A stretch of 64,000 nucleotides of DNA from Candidatus Firestoneibacteriota bacterium. GTDB taxonomy: Bacteria > Oederibacteriota > Muellerivitia > Muellerivitales > Muellerivitaceae. The notes under the pieces were generated by a model. It saw only the letters and a program-made list of their open reading frames with translations, had not been told where the DNA came from and searched no databases. The stretch lies in assembly GCA_013286205.1 (NCBI GenBank), contig JABDGD010000004.1, forward strand, positions 4,293 through 68,292, given 5' to 3'. Each line of letters starts with the position of its first letter. Within the stretch, counting starts at the first letter, position 1. The translations under genes and the position numbers were made by a program. Shown piece by piece: positions 41,699 to 50,698 of this stretch.

Positions 41699-43828
41699 AT
41701 GTCAAAATCTTCTTCCGCTTTCAAATCGCCTATCGCTTTCTCCGCCTGGATTTACTTTTTTATTTTTTTAACCGCCAACACGCTGCTTTCTTACTTCCCG
41801 CTGACGTTTCAAGCCAGCCTCTGGATCAGCCTATTGGGCTTAGCCCTGCCCTTCGGGATAGCTCTCTGGACCGGCAAACCTTCGCCTACCTCGGAAAGTC
41901 CCTTACACCAATTTGAGTTTTGGGCAAAAATCCCTCTCTGGATCTGGATAGTGCTGGGCGCTGCCGCTCTCTTCTTCCGCTTTGATCAACTCACCACACT
42001 TTCCGCCTGGCCTATTTACGACGAAGGCATGGTGGGTTTTTGCGCCCTGCAAATCGCCCAAAAAGGCGTTCATCATCTTTTCTATATGTTCAGCCAGATC
42101 CCCGTCTTCTATCTTTGGCTTTTGGGTTCTGTTTTTAAACTTTTTGGACCGTCCCTGTTCAGTCTTTGGTTTTTACCCGCGCTCATTTCCGCGCTTTGGG
42201 TTCCCCTGGCTTACTTGACCGCCCGCCACTATTTTTCAAAATCTTTTTCTTTCTTCTGCGTTCTGGCGGCGGGTTTGGCCTTTTGGCCCTGCTATATCGG
42301 GCGCTTCTCGGTCAACGAGAATCTCCTTCTGCCTTTGGAGACTTTAGCCTTCTTGTGGCTGGCCAAATGTCTGCGCGCCGAATCGAATCAAAAACAAAAC
42401 CTCTTCTCTTTTATTTTGGGCCTGACGCTCGGCCTTTCTCTTTACGCCGTTTTTTTACACTGGATTTCGGTTCTGTTCATTGTTGGTTTGACTGCCGGGT
42501 ATCTTTTTTGGAAAAAACGCCCCGGCTTATTGATTTTTTTAGTTGTGGGTTTCGCTCTCCCCGTCATTCCTTTCGCGGTGATTTATTTTCAATCTGAAAA
42601 CCTCTCTTACTTTCATCTGTTGTCGAGCGCCAGCCTCTCCGAACCCTGGCTTGATAAATTAAAAGACGCCTGGAATACCCCCCAGGGTCTTTTCTGGGGC
42701 GTGTCGCCCCGTGAGCTTTGTTACAAGCCCCTTTGGGGCGGGTTGATCAATCCCGTGCTGGGCGCGCTTTTCGGAATCGGTTTATTGGAAAGTTTTAAAA
42801 ACCCTCAGCGGGCTTTATACCGCTGGCTTTGCGTCGCGGGCCTTGTTCTTCTTCTGCCCGGTATGCTGGTAAGTGATTTTGAGTTTTACCGCGTCTTGCC
42901 GGTTTTGGTGATTTTGATACCACTCATCGCTTTAGGCTGGGCGCGCCTCACACGGGGCTTTTCGGCGCGATCCGCTGCCGTCATTTTATTCGGCCTGATA
43001 GCGGCCTCCACCGCGCTGGATTTTCATCAACTCTTTCAGGTTTATTCCCATCTTTGGGATTCGCCCGGCTACTGGGTCAAGGAATCCAAATCGATCAACA
43101 ATGATCGGGCCTATCAGCTATTAAAGGCCAAGGCCCAAACCGAGGGGCCCGGTTTTGTTTTTTCAGATTTTGCCCCGGGCTTCAATGATCAAAACCTCAA
43201 GTTGGCCGATTATAGTTTTAACGCCGCGGCCAATGAAAAACTCGACAGTGAAAAAGTCCAATGGGCTGCTTTGGTCGTCAACGTGAATTACCAGCCCTTT
43301 TTGGCCAAGCGTCTGGGGGCGGGCAAAACTTACTGGATCTCGAAAGACCTCAACCTTCCGGATGGCGGATCCATGCTTTGGGTCGTGGAGATCAATGAAT
43401 CCAACCGCGCCATTTTTAACCACTGGCGGGAAGCCCAGCTGGCTTTAAACGGATATTTGAGCGAGTATTTTGAGCACCTGAACTTCAAAGAAAATAACTC
43501 TTACTCCAAAATTTTAAACGCTCTCGACCAAACTTATCCCTTCTTCCAGAAAGACCCTTTTCTGGAAGCCTGCTATTGGGAAAAAAGGGCGGACTTGTTT
43601 TCTAGAATTAATCTCTTTACGGAAGCCGCTGAAAATTTAACGAACGCGGTGAAAAAGGGTTATCCCGCCGCCCATCTTTTTTATCACCTGGGAACGCTTC
43701 AAATGATTACTCAAAAAAATACTGAGGCCGAAAAGGATTTTCGCCAGGCGGCGCTCGCCCCCATTAACTTTACCCAGTCTTCTTCTTTACTGAATCAATT
43801 GAGGGGGAAAACCAATGCCTCCTTCTGA
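41699..43828 (+). CDS. GT-C fold membrane glycosyltransferase with C-terminal TPR, paralog 3 (tandem duplicate)
   Basis: Colinear and highly similar to 39539-41641 (WPIYDEG, WGGLINP, GYPAAHLFY, APINFTQS). Confidence 0.75.
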   Translation: MSKSSSAFKSPIAFSAWIYFFIFLTANTLLSYFPLTFQASLWISLLGLALPFGIALWTGKPSPTSESPLHQFEFWAKIPLWIWIVLGAAALFFRFDQLTTLSAWPIYDEGMVGFCALQIAQKGVHHLFYMFSQIPVFYLWLLGSVFKLFGPSLFSLWFLPALISALWVPLAYLTARHYFSKSFSFFCVLAAGLAFWPCYIGRFSVNENLLLPLETLAFLWLAKCLRAESNQKQNLFSFILGLTLGLSLYAVFLHWISVLFIVGLTAGYLFWKKRPGLLIFLVVGFALPVIPFAVIYFQSENLSYFHLLSSASLSEPWLDKLKDAWNTPQGLFWGVSPRELCYKPLWGGLINPVLGALFGIGLLESFKNPQRALYRWLCVAGLVLLLPGMLVSDFEFYRVLPVLVILIPLIALGWARLTRGFSARSAAVILFGLIAASTALDFHQLFQVYSHLWDSPGYWVKESKSINNDRAYQLLKAKAQTEGPGFVFSDFAPGFNDQNLKLADYSFNAAANEKLDSEKVQWAALVVNVNYQPFLAKRLGAGKTYWISKDLNLPDGGSMLWVVEINESNRAIFNHWREAQLALNGYLSEYFEHLNFKENNSYSKILNALDQTYPFFQKDPFLEACYWEKRADLFSRINLFTEAAENLTNAVKKGYPAAHLFYHLGTLQMITQKNTEAEKDFRQAALAPINFTQSSSLLNQLRGKTNASF

Positions 43829-44174
43829 TTTCCTCAATGAGAACTTGGCCATTCAATGCGACGACCTGGCCGGCGAGATCAATAAGGTCTACCAACATTT
43901 GCCCTGGGCCCAAAAACATGAGGCGGTCGCCCGCTTGACCCGTCAAATTCATCAACTGTCTGAGGAAGCTAAAAAGGCGCAGGAATCCCAAAGCCTCGCC
44001 GCGAGCCAAACCCATTTGAAGGAAGCCCTTTCGCTGATCCATGAATGCGTGCCGCTTTTAGACTTATGTTTGAGAAAAGTTTTGGTCTCGCCTGAACTGC
44101 ATCAGCGGTGGATTGGAAAATTAAACCGCCTGGAAAAAAGCTTTTCCGCCTGGCTGAAGGGGGCCGCCTCTTGA
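43815..44174 (+). CDS. Four-helix-bundle protein (23S-IVP / Avd-like fold), divergent
   Basis: 119 aa; LP..QK....RL.R, L..A.....EC..LL......LVS, ending SFSAWLK, resembling IVP/Avd helix spacing. Confidence 0.5.
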   Translation: MPPSDFLNENLAIQCDDLAGEINKVYQHLPWAQKHEAVARLTRQIHQLSEEAKKAQESQSLAASQTHLKEALSLIHECVPLLDLCLRKVLVSPELHQRWIGKLNRLEKSFSAWLKGAAS

Positions 44175-45286
44175 AGCGCCTGCCCCTGGTCGATCTGGTC
44201 CGGAGTTTCTCTATCTTGTGTGTTCTGGCGATCCACGCTGACGCTTTCTTCGCGCGCCCTCAAAACCCCGCGCTGGCCTGGGTCTGGAATCACTTTCAGA
44301 GAAACGGCACCTATGGGGTTTATCTGTTTTTCCTGGTTTCCGGGTTTCTCATTACGGGCGTGATTCAAAATAACCCGGGCGGGCTTTGGAACCCCTCATT
44401 GAGAAGATTTTATGTTCAAAGAGCGGGCCGTATTCTGCCCCTGCTGCTGCTGACCGTTTGGATTGGTTTATTGATGCTGTGGATTCCCCGGCCGCCCAAC
44501 GCCAGCTATCTGGATGTTTTTCGGCCCGAATCCGGTTCATTGAGTCCGGCGGTATGGATATGCCTGGCGACTTTCACCTTTAACTGGTTTCTCGCCTTTC
44601 AAACCACGGCCACTTTGGGCATGTTTTGGAGTTTGCTTTGGTCGCTCTCCGTAGAGGAGCAGTTTTACTTTCTCTTTCCCCCGCTTTTAAGGCTGATGCG
44701 GAACGAAAAAAGACTTACCCAATTCATGTTCGCCGTCATCGGCGTCGGCCTGGGCTGGCGGTATCTTTGTTACGCCGCTCAATGGAATAACCGGGACCTT
44801 CAGGTTTTTACCTCACTAGGCGCCTTTGACAATATCGCTTTCGGCGTTCTCTTGTACCTGGCGGTCAAACGATGGGGTCCCGCGCTTTCTCAAAGGAAAA
44901 GGGCGGCCGCCGGGCTTTGTATCGCGGGTCTGGCGCTCATGACAGCGGTTTATATAGAAACCTCGCTCAATGACCCCTGGGACCGGGTCTATGCTTCCAC
45001 TTTGCTGGCCTGCGGCTTATTTATGTTTTTACTGGGCGGACTGCAGTTTAACTTCTGGAATGGAAAGCTCGGGGAGCCTTTGACCTGGCCCGGACGCTAT
45101 TGCTACTCGCTTTATCTTCTTCACCCGATTGTGTTGGCTTTTATGTTCCCGCTTCTGTTTCAAATGAACGCCTGGAAGGCTCTTTTGCTTTTTACCATGG
45201 TCAGTACCGCTATAGCCGCCGCTTCTTTTCACTTTTTTGAAAAACCAGCCAATCAACTGATCCGAAACTCTTTAGACAAACGCTGA
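44171..45286 (+). CDS. Acyltransferase-3 (OafA-like) O-acyltransferase
   Basis: DLVRS.SI..V..IH, GVYLFFLVSGFLIT, FYVQRAGRILP, WSLSVEEQFY, YSLYLLH, SFHFFEKP. Confidence 0.92.
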   Translation: MKRLPLVDLVRSFSILCVLAIHADAFFARPQNPALAWVWNHFQRNGTYGVYLFFLVSGFLITGVIQNNPGGLWNPSLRRFYVQRAGRILPLLLLTVWIGLLMLWIPRPPNASYLDVFRPESGSLSPAVWICLATFTFNWFLAFQTTATLGMFWSLLWSLSVEEQFYFLFPPLLRLMRNEKRLTQFMFAVIGVGLGWRYLCYAAQWNNRDLQVFTSLGAFDNIAFGVLLYLAVKRWGPALSQRKRAAAGLCIAGLALMTAVYIETSLNDPWDRVYASTLLACGLFMFLLGGLQFNFWNGKLGEPLTWPGRYCYSLYLLHPIVLAFMFPLLFQMNAWKALLLFTMVSTAIAAASFHFFEKPANQLIRNSLDKR

Positions 45287-45289
45287 CTT

Positions 45290-47521
45290 TTAAAAAGAAT
45301 TACGCGCTTGGTCGGATTTGCTTTTCTCATCCAAAACCCGCATTACCGAAATGCCGTTTCGAAGTTCGACAAACTTTAAGTTAAATCTTTTATTAATTTT
45401 GCGGAGCAGGGTTTTTTCCAAAACCGCCGCCGAATACCGGCCATCGATCAAATCGTAATAAGATGAATCGATATCTTTGGATAAATAAAGATAATCGCCG
45501 GGAGAAATCGCCGGCTGATAAGACATAACTCTGGCAATAGCCGGTCCGCAAATACAAAGTTGCCCAATGTCGTTATAGGGATAAGCTTTCGTCCTGCCCG
45601 TATACATGGAGACATCCAAACCCTTGTTGCCGAAGAAATAGATAACTTCTTTTTTAGAGCCAGAATACTGATTCATTAAATCCGCCGCGGTTTTGACAAA
45701 ATCATCCTCAGCCAACGGCAGGTTTCTGGCCGCGTCGATCGTTTTTTGCGGTAAAGAAGAAAACTCGGAGAAGCTTTGGCTTAGCTTAAACGCCATATCG
45801 GGAACGAGGAATTGCAAATAAAAGCCCAGACCCGCGGCGCTCAACACCAAAATGGTTTTTTTAAATAGTCCGGGAATCGCGAAGCCGTCTTGGCGGCTTC
45901 CCAGCCAGTAAAGCCAATAGGCGCCCAATAAAATACTCGGCATGCTGATATGAAAAAGATTATTGGGATGGGCTCTGCCTAAAAAATACAAAAATTGGGA
46001 AATGCCGTAAAAAGTCAAAAACACCATGACATTAAAATGCGCCGGCCGGGAAGACTCTTTCCACTTTGTCAGGCTCCCCATCACCACGCATATCGAGATC
46101 AATAAAATGCCGATGATGATCCACCAGGCGCCAAAAGCCGGAACCGGCAGCATCCCGAAGCCGTTTTTGTAGAGGAAGATGTAGTCGAAATAGTAGTTCC
46201 AATGGGGCCACTCGGCGGCGCGGCGGTAAATATCCCCATAAATAAAAACCAGCAGTAGAAGGCCAAACCCCCATAAAAGAGAAAGACGGCGGATCCATAA
46301 TTTCCAATTAAACTTCAGACTTTTCAGATCGATGATGGATTCATAACAAACGAAACCCAAATAAGCCGGCAGGGTATAGACGCAAACCTCGAAACTCCAA
46401 AAAATAGCCGCGGCGGCCACCGCGGCCTCGGCGATGTAAAAACGATCGGCCCATTTTGGCTTTTGGTTCCTCAAAACGATCAGCGCCATCAGTAAATACG
46501 CGAAGCTAAAACGGAGCGGCCCCACCGATGGATTTTGAATAATGAAGCCCATAGTGGCGAAATAATTCACCAATAAAAGAACGACCAGACAAAGGAATGA
46601 GTAAAGTCGGGAATGGAATAACTGCCGGACAATAAAATAAAAACAAAAATATTGAAGAACAAAAAGCGCGGTTAACACCAGGCTGAAACTTTCAAATCCC
46701 AGCGGCAGAACTTTAAAAAATAGCGAGAGAAAATAAAAAACAAAAAGACCGTACTGGGCGTTGATATTGACTAAAAAGGCTTTCCCCGCGCGAAAATCCG
46801 CCAGGGGGCCCAGATAAAATGAATCGTGATAAGTTTCCACCCGGTAATGGGGATCCACGACCAAAACCACAATCAGAAAAAGAGCGAGAAGATAGAAAAA
46901 GAATTCCCGTCGAAACAGGGGCCGCGCCGCCGGGTTGGATAAGTTTTCCGGTTTTAGCCCTTCTCTTAAAAGCAAAATAAACAAAAGACCTGCCAACGCG
47001 TTGGAAATCGAAGCCAGTTTCAAAAAGAGAAAGGTGTCCGGTGTTAAAAATAAAATCCAGCAGGCAAAAATAACGCCCATCAAAACCATGAGGCTTTTTT
47101 GCAGGAAAGGACTTAGCTTTTGGCCTTGCCGGGAAAACCCTTTCACCGCCAAACCAACGCCGAGTTGCGATAAACAAAACAGAGTCACCCTGAATAGGTT
47201 TGAGCCGCCCGCCCAGTTGGAGGGCGTGAGCAGATATAAAAGAAGAATAAAATTAACGAAAGCCAGGAGGAAGCCAAAGGAAGAAAAACCGCTGAGCGCT
47301 TTGAGTTTCAGCTTTTCCGCCAGGGCCGAAAGCCCCCAGCCGACAGGTAAAAAAACAATCCAGCCCAAAATATAAAATTTAAAATCATTGGTTTTAATAG
47401 AGCTGTCAGCGGCCTGAAAAGTAATAAAGAAAGTGACGCCGATGAGCGTGTAAATGCCCGCCAAAAATAAAAACCAAAAATCTTCATAGGACTTTTGATC
47501 GCTGTGGTTTTCCCTGGTCAA
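45290..47521 (-). CDS. Large polytopic membrane protein, probable GT-C-like glycan modification enzyme
   Basis: Many TM segments; YHDSFYLGP..D...GK..LVNINAQYG, PSVGPLRF, YFLGRAHPNNL. Confidence 0.6.
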   Translation of the reverse strand: MTRENHSDQKSYEDFWFLFLAGIYTLIGVTFFITFQAADSSIKTNDFKFYILGWIVFLPVGWGLSALAEKLKLKALSGFSSFGFLLAFVNFILLLYLLTPSNWAGGSNLFRVTLFCLSQLGVGLAVKGFSRQGQKLSPFLQKSLMVLMGVIFACWILFLTPDTFLFLKLASISNALAGLLFILLLREGLKPENLSNPAARPLFRREFFFYLLALFLIVVLVVDPHYRVETYHDSFYLGPLADFRAGKAFLVNINAQYGLFVFYFLSLFFKVLPLGFESFSLVLTALFVLQYFCFYFIVRQLFHSRLYSFLCLVVLLLVNYFATMGFIIQNPSVGPLRFSFAYLLMALIVLRNQKPKWADRFYIAEAAVAAAAIFWSFEVCVYTLPAYLGFVCYESIIDLKSLKFNWKLWIRRLSLLWGFGLLLLVFIYGDIYRRAAEWPHWNYYFDYIFLYKNGFGMLPVPAFGAWWIIIGILLISICVVMGSLTKWKESSRPAHFNVMVFLTFYGISQFLYFLGRAHPNNLFHISMPSILLGAYWLYWLGSRQDGFAIPGLFKKTILVLSAAGLGFYLQFLVPDMAFKLSQSFSEFSSLPQKTIDAARNLPLAEDDFVKTAADLMNQYSGSKKEVIYFFGNKGLDVSMYTGRTKAYPYNDIGQLCICGPAIARVMSYQPAISPGDYLYLSKDIDSSYYDLIDGRYSAAVLEKTLLRKINKRFNLKFVELRNGISVMRVLDEKSKSDQARNSF

Positions 47522-47546
47522 TGAATTCTCCCAACAGCGGAATAAT

Positions 47547-48548
47547 TTAGGGCTGCTTTAGATCGGGCCCATGCATCAAAATTTGGGTTGGCGCTTCAAT
47601 TTGAAGGGTCGCGTGCTGAATACCGCACTCTGTTTTTAAAACGCTGGTGGCCTTGGCCACAATTTGCTGGGCCTGGCTTAAGTGCTGGTCATCCACCACC
47701 AAATGCGCGGTCAGGTGCACGCCCCCGGCACCGACTTCCCATAGATGAATATGATGCACTTCGCGGATATCGCTGATTTCTTTTTTCAAGGTCGTTTCGA
47801 TCACTTCAGACGTGAGCCCCTTGGGCGCGGACTCTAAAAGAATATGAAGCGCTTTACGGAGCAGTTTAAAAGCGCCCGACGCGATCAGCAGCGCGATCGC
47901 CAGACTTAAAACCGGATCCACCCAGGTCCATCCGGTTTGAGAAATCACCGCCACACCGATGAGAACACCTAAAGATGATCCCAGATCACCCATCACATGA
48001 ATCCAGGCGCCTTGAATGTTAATATCGTCCTCATGACTGCCATGCAGAAACCAGGCCGAAAGCGCGTTAGCTAAAAAGCCGATGGCCGCGATGATCCCCA
48101 TGGTTTTCCAATCCGGAAGAGAGGGATGGGCGAAGCGTTGAAAAGCTTCCCAGGCCACGCCGAAAACCATCAGGAAAAAGGTAATCGCGTTGCCTAAAGC
48201 GGCCAATACTTCTAACCGCGCGAAACCATAAGTGTGGGTAGAGCTGGCGGGTTTTTCAGCCAGGATCATGGCCGTGAGAGAAATGAGAAGCGCCGCCAGA
48301 TCGGTCAGCATATGGCCCGCGTCGGATAAAAGCGCCAAACTGCCCGAAACCATGCCGCCCACCGCTTCTAAAACCAAAATCAGCGCCGTGATGCCGATGG
48401 CCCAGAACATTTTGCTTTTACGGTTAAGCCCATGGGAATGAAACAAGCCGCCTTCGCCGTGATCGTGAGCATGGCTATGGTCATGCGAATGGCCATGATC
48501 GTGGTCGTGCTGGTGGGAATGGGGATGGTCGTGGTCGTGAGCGCTCAT
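47547..48548 (-). CDS. Cation diffusion facilitator (CzcD/ZitB-like) metal exporter
   Basis: His-rich N-terminus, SLALLSDAGHMLTD, TYGFARLE, HVMGD, HATLQIE. Confidence 0.95.
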   Translation of the reverse strand: MSAHDHDHPHSHQHDHDHGHSHDHSHAHDHGEGGLFHSHGLNRKSKMFWAIGITALILVLEAVGGMVSGSLALLSDAGHMLTDLAALLISLTAMILAEKPASSTHTYGFARLEVLAALGNAITFFLMVFGVAWEAFQRFAHPSLPDWKTMGIIAAIGFLANALSAWFLHGSHEDDINIQGAWIHVMGDLGSSLGVLIGVAVISQTGWTWVDPVLSLAIALLIASGAFKLLRKALHILLESAPKGLTSEVIETTLKKEISDIREVHHIHLWEVGAGGVHLTAHLVVDDQHLSQAQQIVAKATSVLKTECGIQHATLQIEAPTQILMHGPDLKQP

Positions 48549-48658
48549 AAAATCCTAAATTTCTTAAAATCAGGCCAATAAATAAAACGGTCCAAACGCC
48601 AGGCCTATATAATAGGCCCGTTAAATAAAAAAATACTTAGATTTTTTAAGAGTCCATC

Positions 48659-50698
48659 TTGTCCCAGCCTTTCTCCAACCGTTCTTTGGCCTATCATCCT
48701 TTAGTCTGGTTTTTCATTTTTCTATTTTCCTTCAGCCTGCTGGTTTATGGCCGCCTCTCCTTAACGATTCAAATTTGGATCCTCTTCATGGGCGTCGTTC
48801 TGCCGTTTTTTTTAGGCTTGGCTGCCCTTTCCCAACCGCTTAAAAAAGAAAAACCAGCCTGGGAAGAGTCTTTTCTGCCCCCTTTGTCCGCACCGCCTTC
48901 ATGGATGGTGATCATTCTGGTCTTCATGATGCTGGTCAGCCGCTTTCTTTTACTGGGTCAATCCGCCTGGTGGCCTGCCGGTGATGAAGCACTGAACGCT
49001 TTTTACCTGCCCTTTTGGGCGGAGCATTGGCACGGGGCTCTCTTTGTGGCCTCCAGCCAAATTCCCAGCACCCTGAGTCAGTTAGCCTTTTTTATATTCA
49101 AGCTCACTCAAACGCCCCTGCTGAGCGTACAGCTGGTCCCCGCGCTGATTTCTTGCGCGACCGTAGGTATGGCCTATCAAGTTGCCCGGCTTTATTTTTC
49201 AAAAACAAATGCCCTGATTGTCTTTTTACTTTTTGCCTTCAGCTATTGGCCGCTTTTCATCTCCTGGACTTTTTTGCCCGGCATCGCCACCCCTTTATGG
49301 GAATTAATTCTTTTTTATCTTCTCTACCAAATCAAAAAATCACCCGATAAAAATACCGGATGGTTTTTCCTCTACGGCCTCGCTCTGGGCGCCTGTCCAT
49401 ACACCTTTTTCTCCTGGCCGGTTTTGTTCTTATGGTCCGGGGCCGTTGTTTTTCTAACCGGCAACCATTCCGCAAAAAAGTGGGCTTGGTTAGGCGCGGG
49501 CCTCTTCATCACCCTGGCGCCTTATCTCTGGGCCATCAGCCACGGTCCTTACGGCGATTATTTTTGGGGTATCGCGGGTAAAGGGCAGGTCATCACCAGA
49601 CTCACCCGGGCGAAAGTCATGGCCGAATATGTTTCTTCTCTCTTTTGGGGCGTGGGAAGCGGCACCTGGTTTCCTCAAACCGGGGGATACCTGAATGTGG
49701 TCTTGAGCGCCTGCGGCCTGGTCGGCTTCATTGAATTATTTCGGTTCAAACGATTGGCCCTAGTCTGGGCCTGCCTGAGCGCGTTTTTTATTTTCATGCT
49801 TCCCGGTTTATTGTCCCGGGATTTTGAGGGCCACCGCATTCTTCTGGCGCTTCCGGTTTTGTTATGGATCGTCGCCGTGGGAATACAGGCGCTTTTGGTG
49901 AAATTCCCTAAATCACGCCGGTTGGCGGTTTTGGTTTTATTACTGGGGCTGTCTTTGGTCTTGGATTTAAAAAGAGTCAATAACCCCGTGGTAAATGAGC
50001 TGCGCTCCGAACCGGTTTCGAACGAAAGACGATTCAGTTATGAGGCGTTAAAACCCATCGCGGATCACAATGGCCCAGGCCTGATTTTCACCGAATGTAT
50101 CCCCAACACCACCGACTATTCGCTGAGCTGCTTTTCCTATCCTTTTAACGCGGCCTTTAACCCAAAACTGGCGCCTGAAAAGACTCAGTGGGTTTCGATT
50201 TTTACCGCGGATTATTACCAGAACGATCTGAGTAAAAGATTCCCGCAGCTGCGCTGGATTTCCCTGCCCGAGGATAAACACCATGTGCTGGCCCTCATGC
50301 CCCTGACTGAGCAAAACCGTAAAGTCTTTTTGGACTGGGTTCCCTTTTACCGATTCGAAATGAACTTGAATTACCAGTTCGCGGATAACCCCAGCGGAAA
50401 ATCCCGAGATTTTCTTTTAAAAGAGATGATGGACATTTATCCCTCTTTGTCCAAAGACCCCTTTATCCAAAGCTGTTTCTTTCAAAAATTGTTTTATCTT
50501 TATTCCGCCGAGAAGACCTTTAATCTGGAAGACACCTGGTGCAGTTACACCAATTTCTCCGACCTATTCCATGCCGCTTACCGAAACAGCTATCAAAACT
50601 CGACTTTGAGCGCGCAGCTTTTGGGTTTATTAATTTTGGAACATCAGGACGCTGAGGCGCGGAAACTGTTGGAGAAAATTAAGCGGAACCCAGCTTGA
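48659..50698 (+). CDS. GT-C fold membrane glycosyltransferase, paralog 4
   Basis: WPAGDEA, GGYLN, GPGLIFTE, YPFNAAFNPKL, KDPFIQSCF shared with the family. Confidence 0.7.
   Translation: MSQPFSNRSLAYHPLVWFFIFLFSFSLLVYGRLSLTIQIWILFMGVVLPFFLGLAALSQPLKKEKPAWEESFLPPLSAPPSWMVIILVFMMLVSRFLLLGQSAWWPAGDEALNAFYLPFWAEHWHGALFVASSQIPSTLSQLAFFIFKLTQTPLLSVQLVPALISCATVGMAYQVARLYFSKTNALIVFLLFAFSYWPLFISWTFLPGIATPLWELILFYLLYQIKKSPDKNTGWFFLYGLALGACPYTFFSWPVLFLWSGAVVFLTGNHSAKKWAWLGAGLFITLAPYLWAISHGPYGDYFWGIAGKGQVITRLTRAKVMAEYVSSLFWGVGSGTWFPQTGGYLNVVLSACGLVGFIELFRFKRLALVWACLSAFFIFMLPGLLSRDFEGHRILLALPVLLWIVAVGIQALLVKFPKSRRLAVLVLLLGLSLVLDLKRVNNPVVNELRSEPVSNERRFSYEALKPIADHNGPGLIFTECIPNTTDYSLSCFSYPFNAAFNPKLAPEKTQWVSIFTADYYQNDLSKRFPQLRWISLPEDKHHVLALMPLTEQNRKVFLDWVPFYRFEMNLNYQFADNPSGKSRDFLLKEMMDIYPSLSKDPFIQSCFFQKLFYLYSAEKTFNLEDTWCSYTNFSDLFHAAYRNSYQNSTLSAQLLGLLILEHQDAEARKLLEKIKRNPA

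Noticed and set aside
39539-44174. Diversity-generating retroelement acting on the GT-C paralogs
   Set aside because: No RT; paralog differences are spread along the genes and are not adenine-specific.
48440-48545. Tandem CAY-GAY nucleotide repeats
   Set aside because: They simply encode the ordinary His-rich N-terminus of the CDF transporter.
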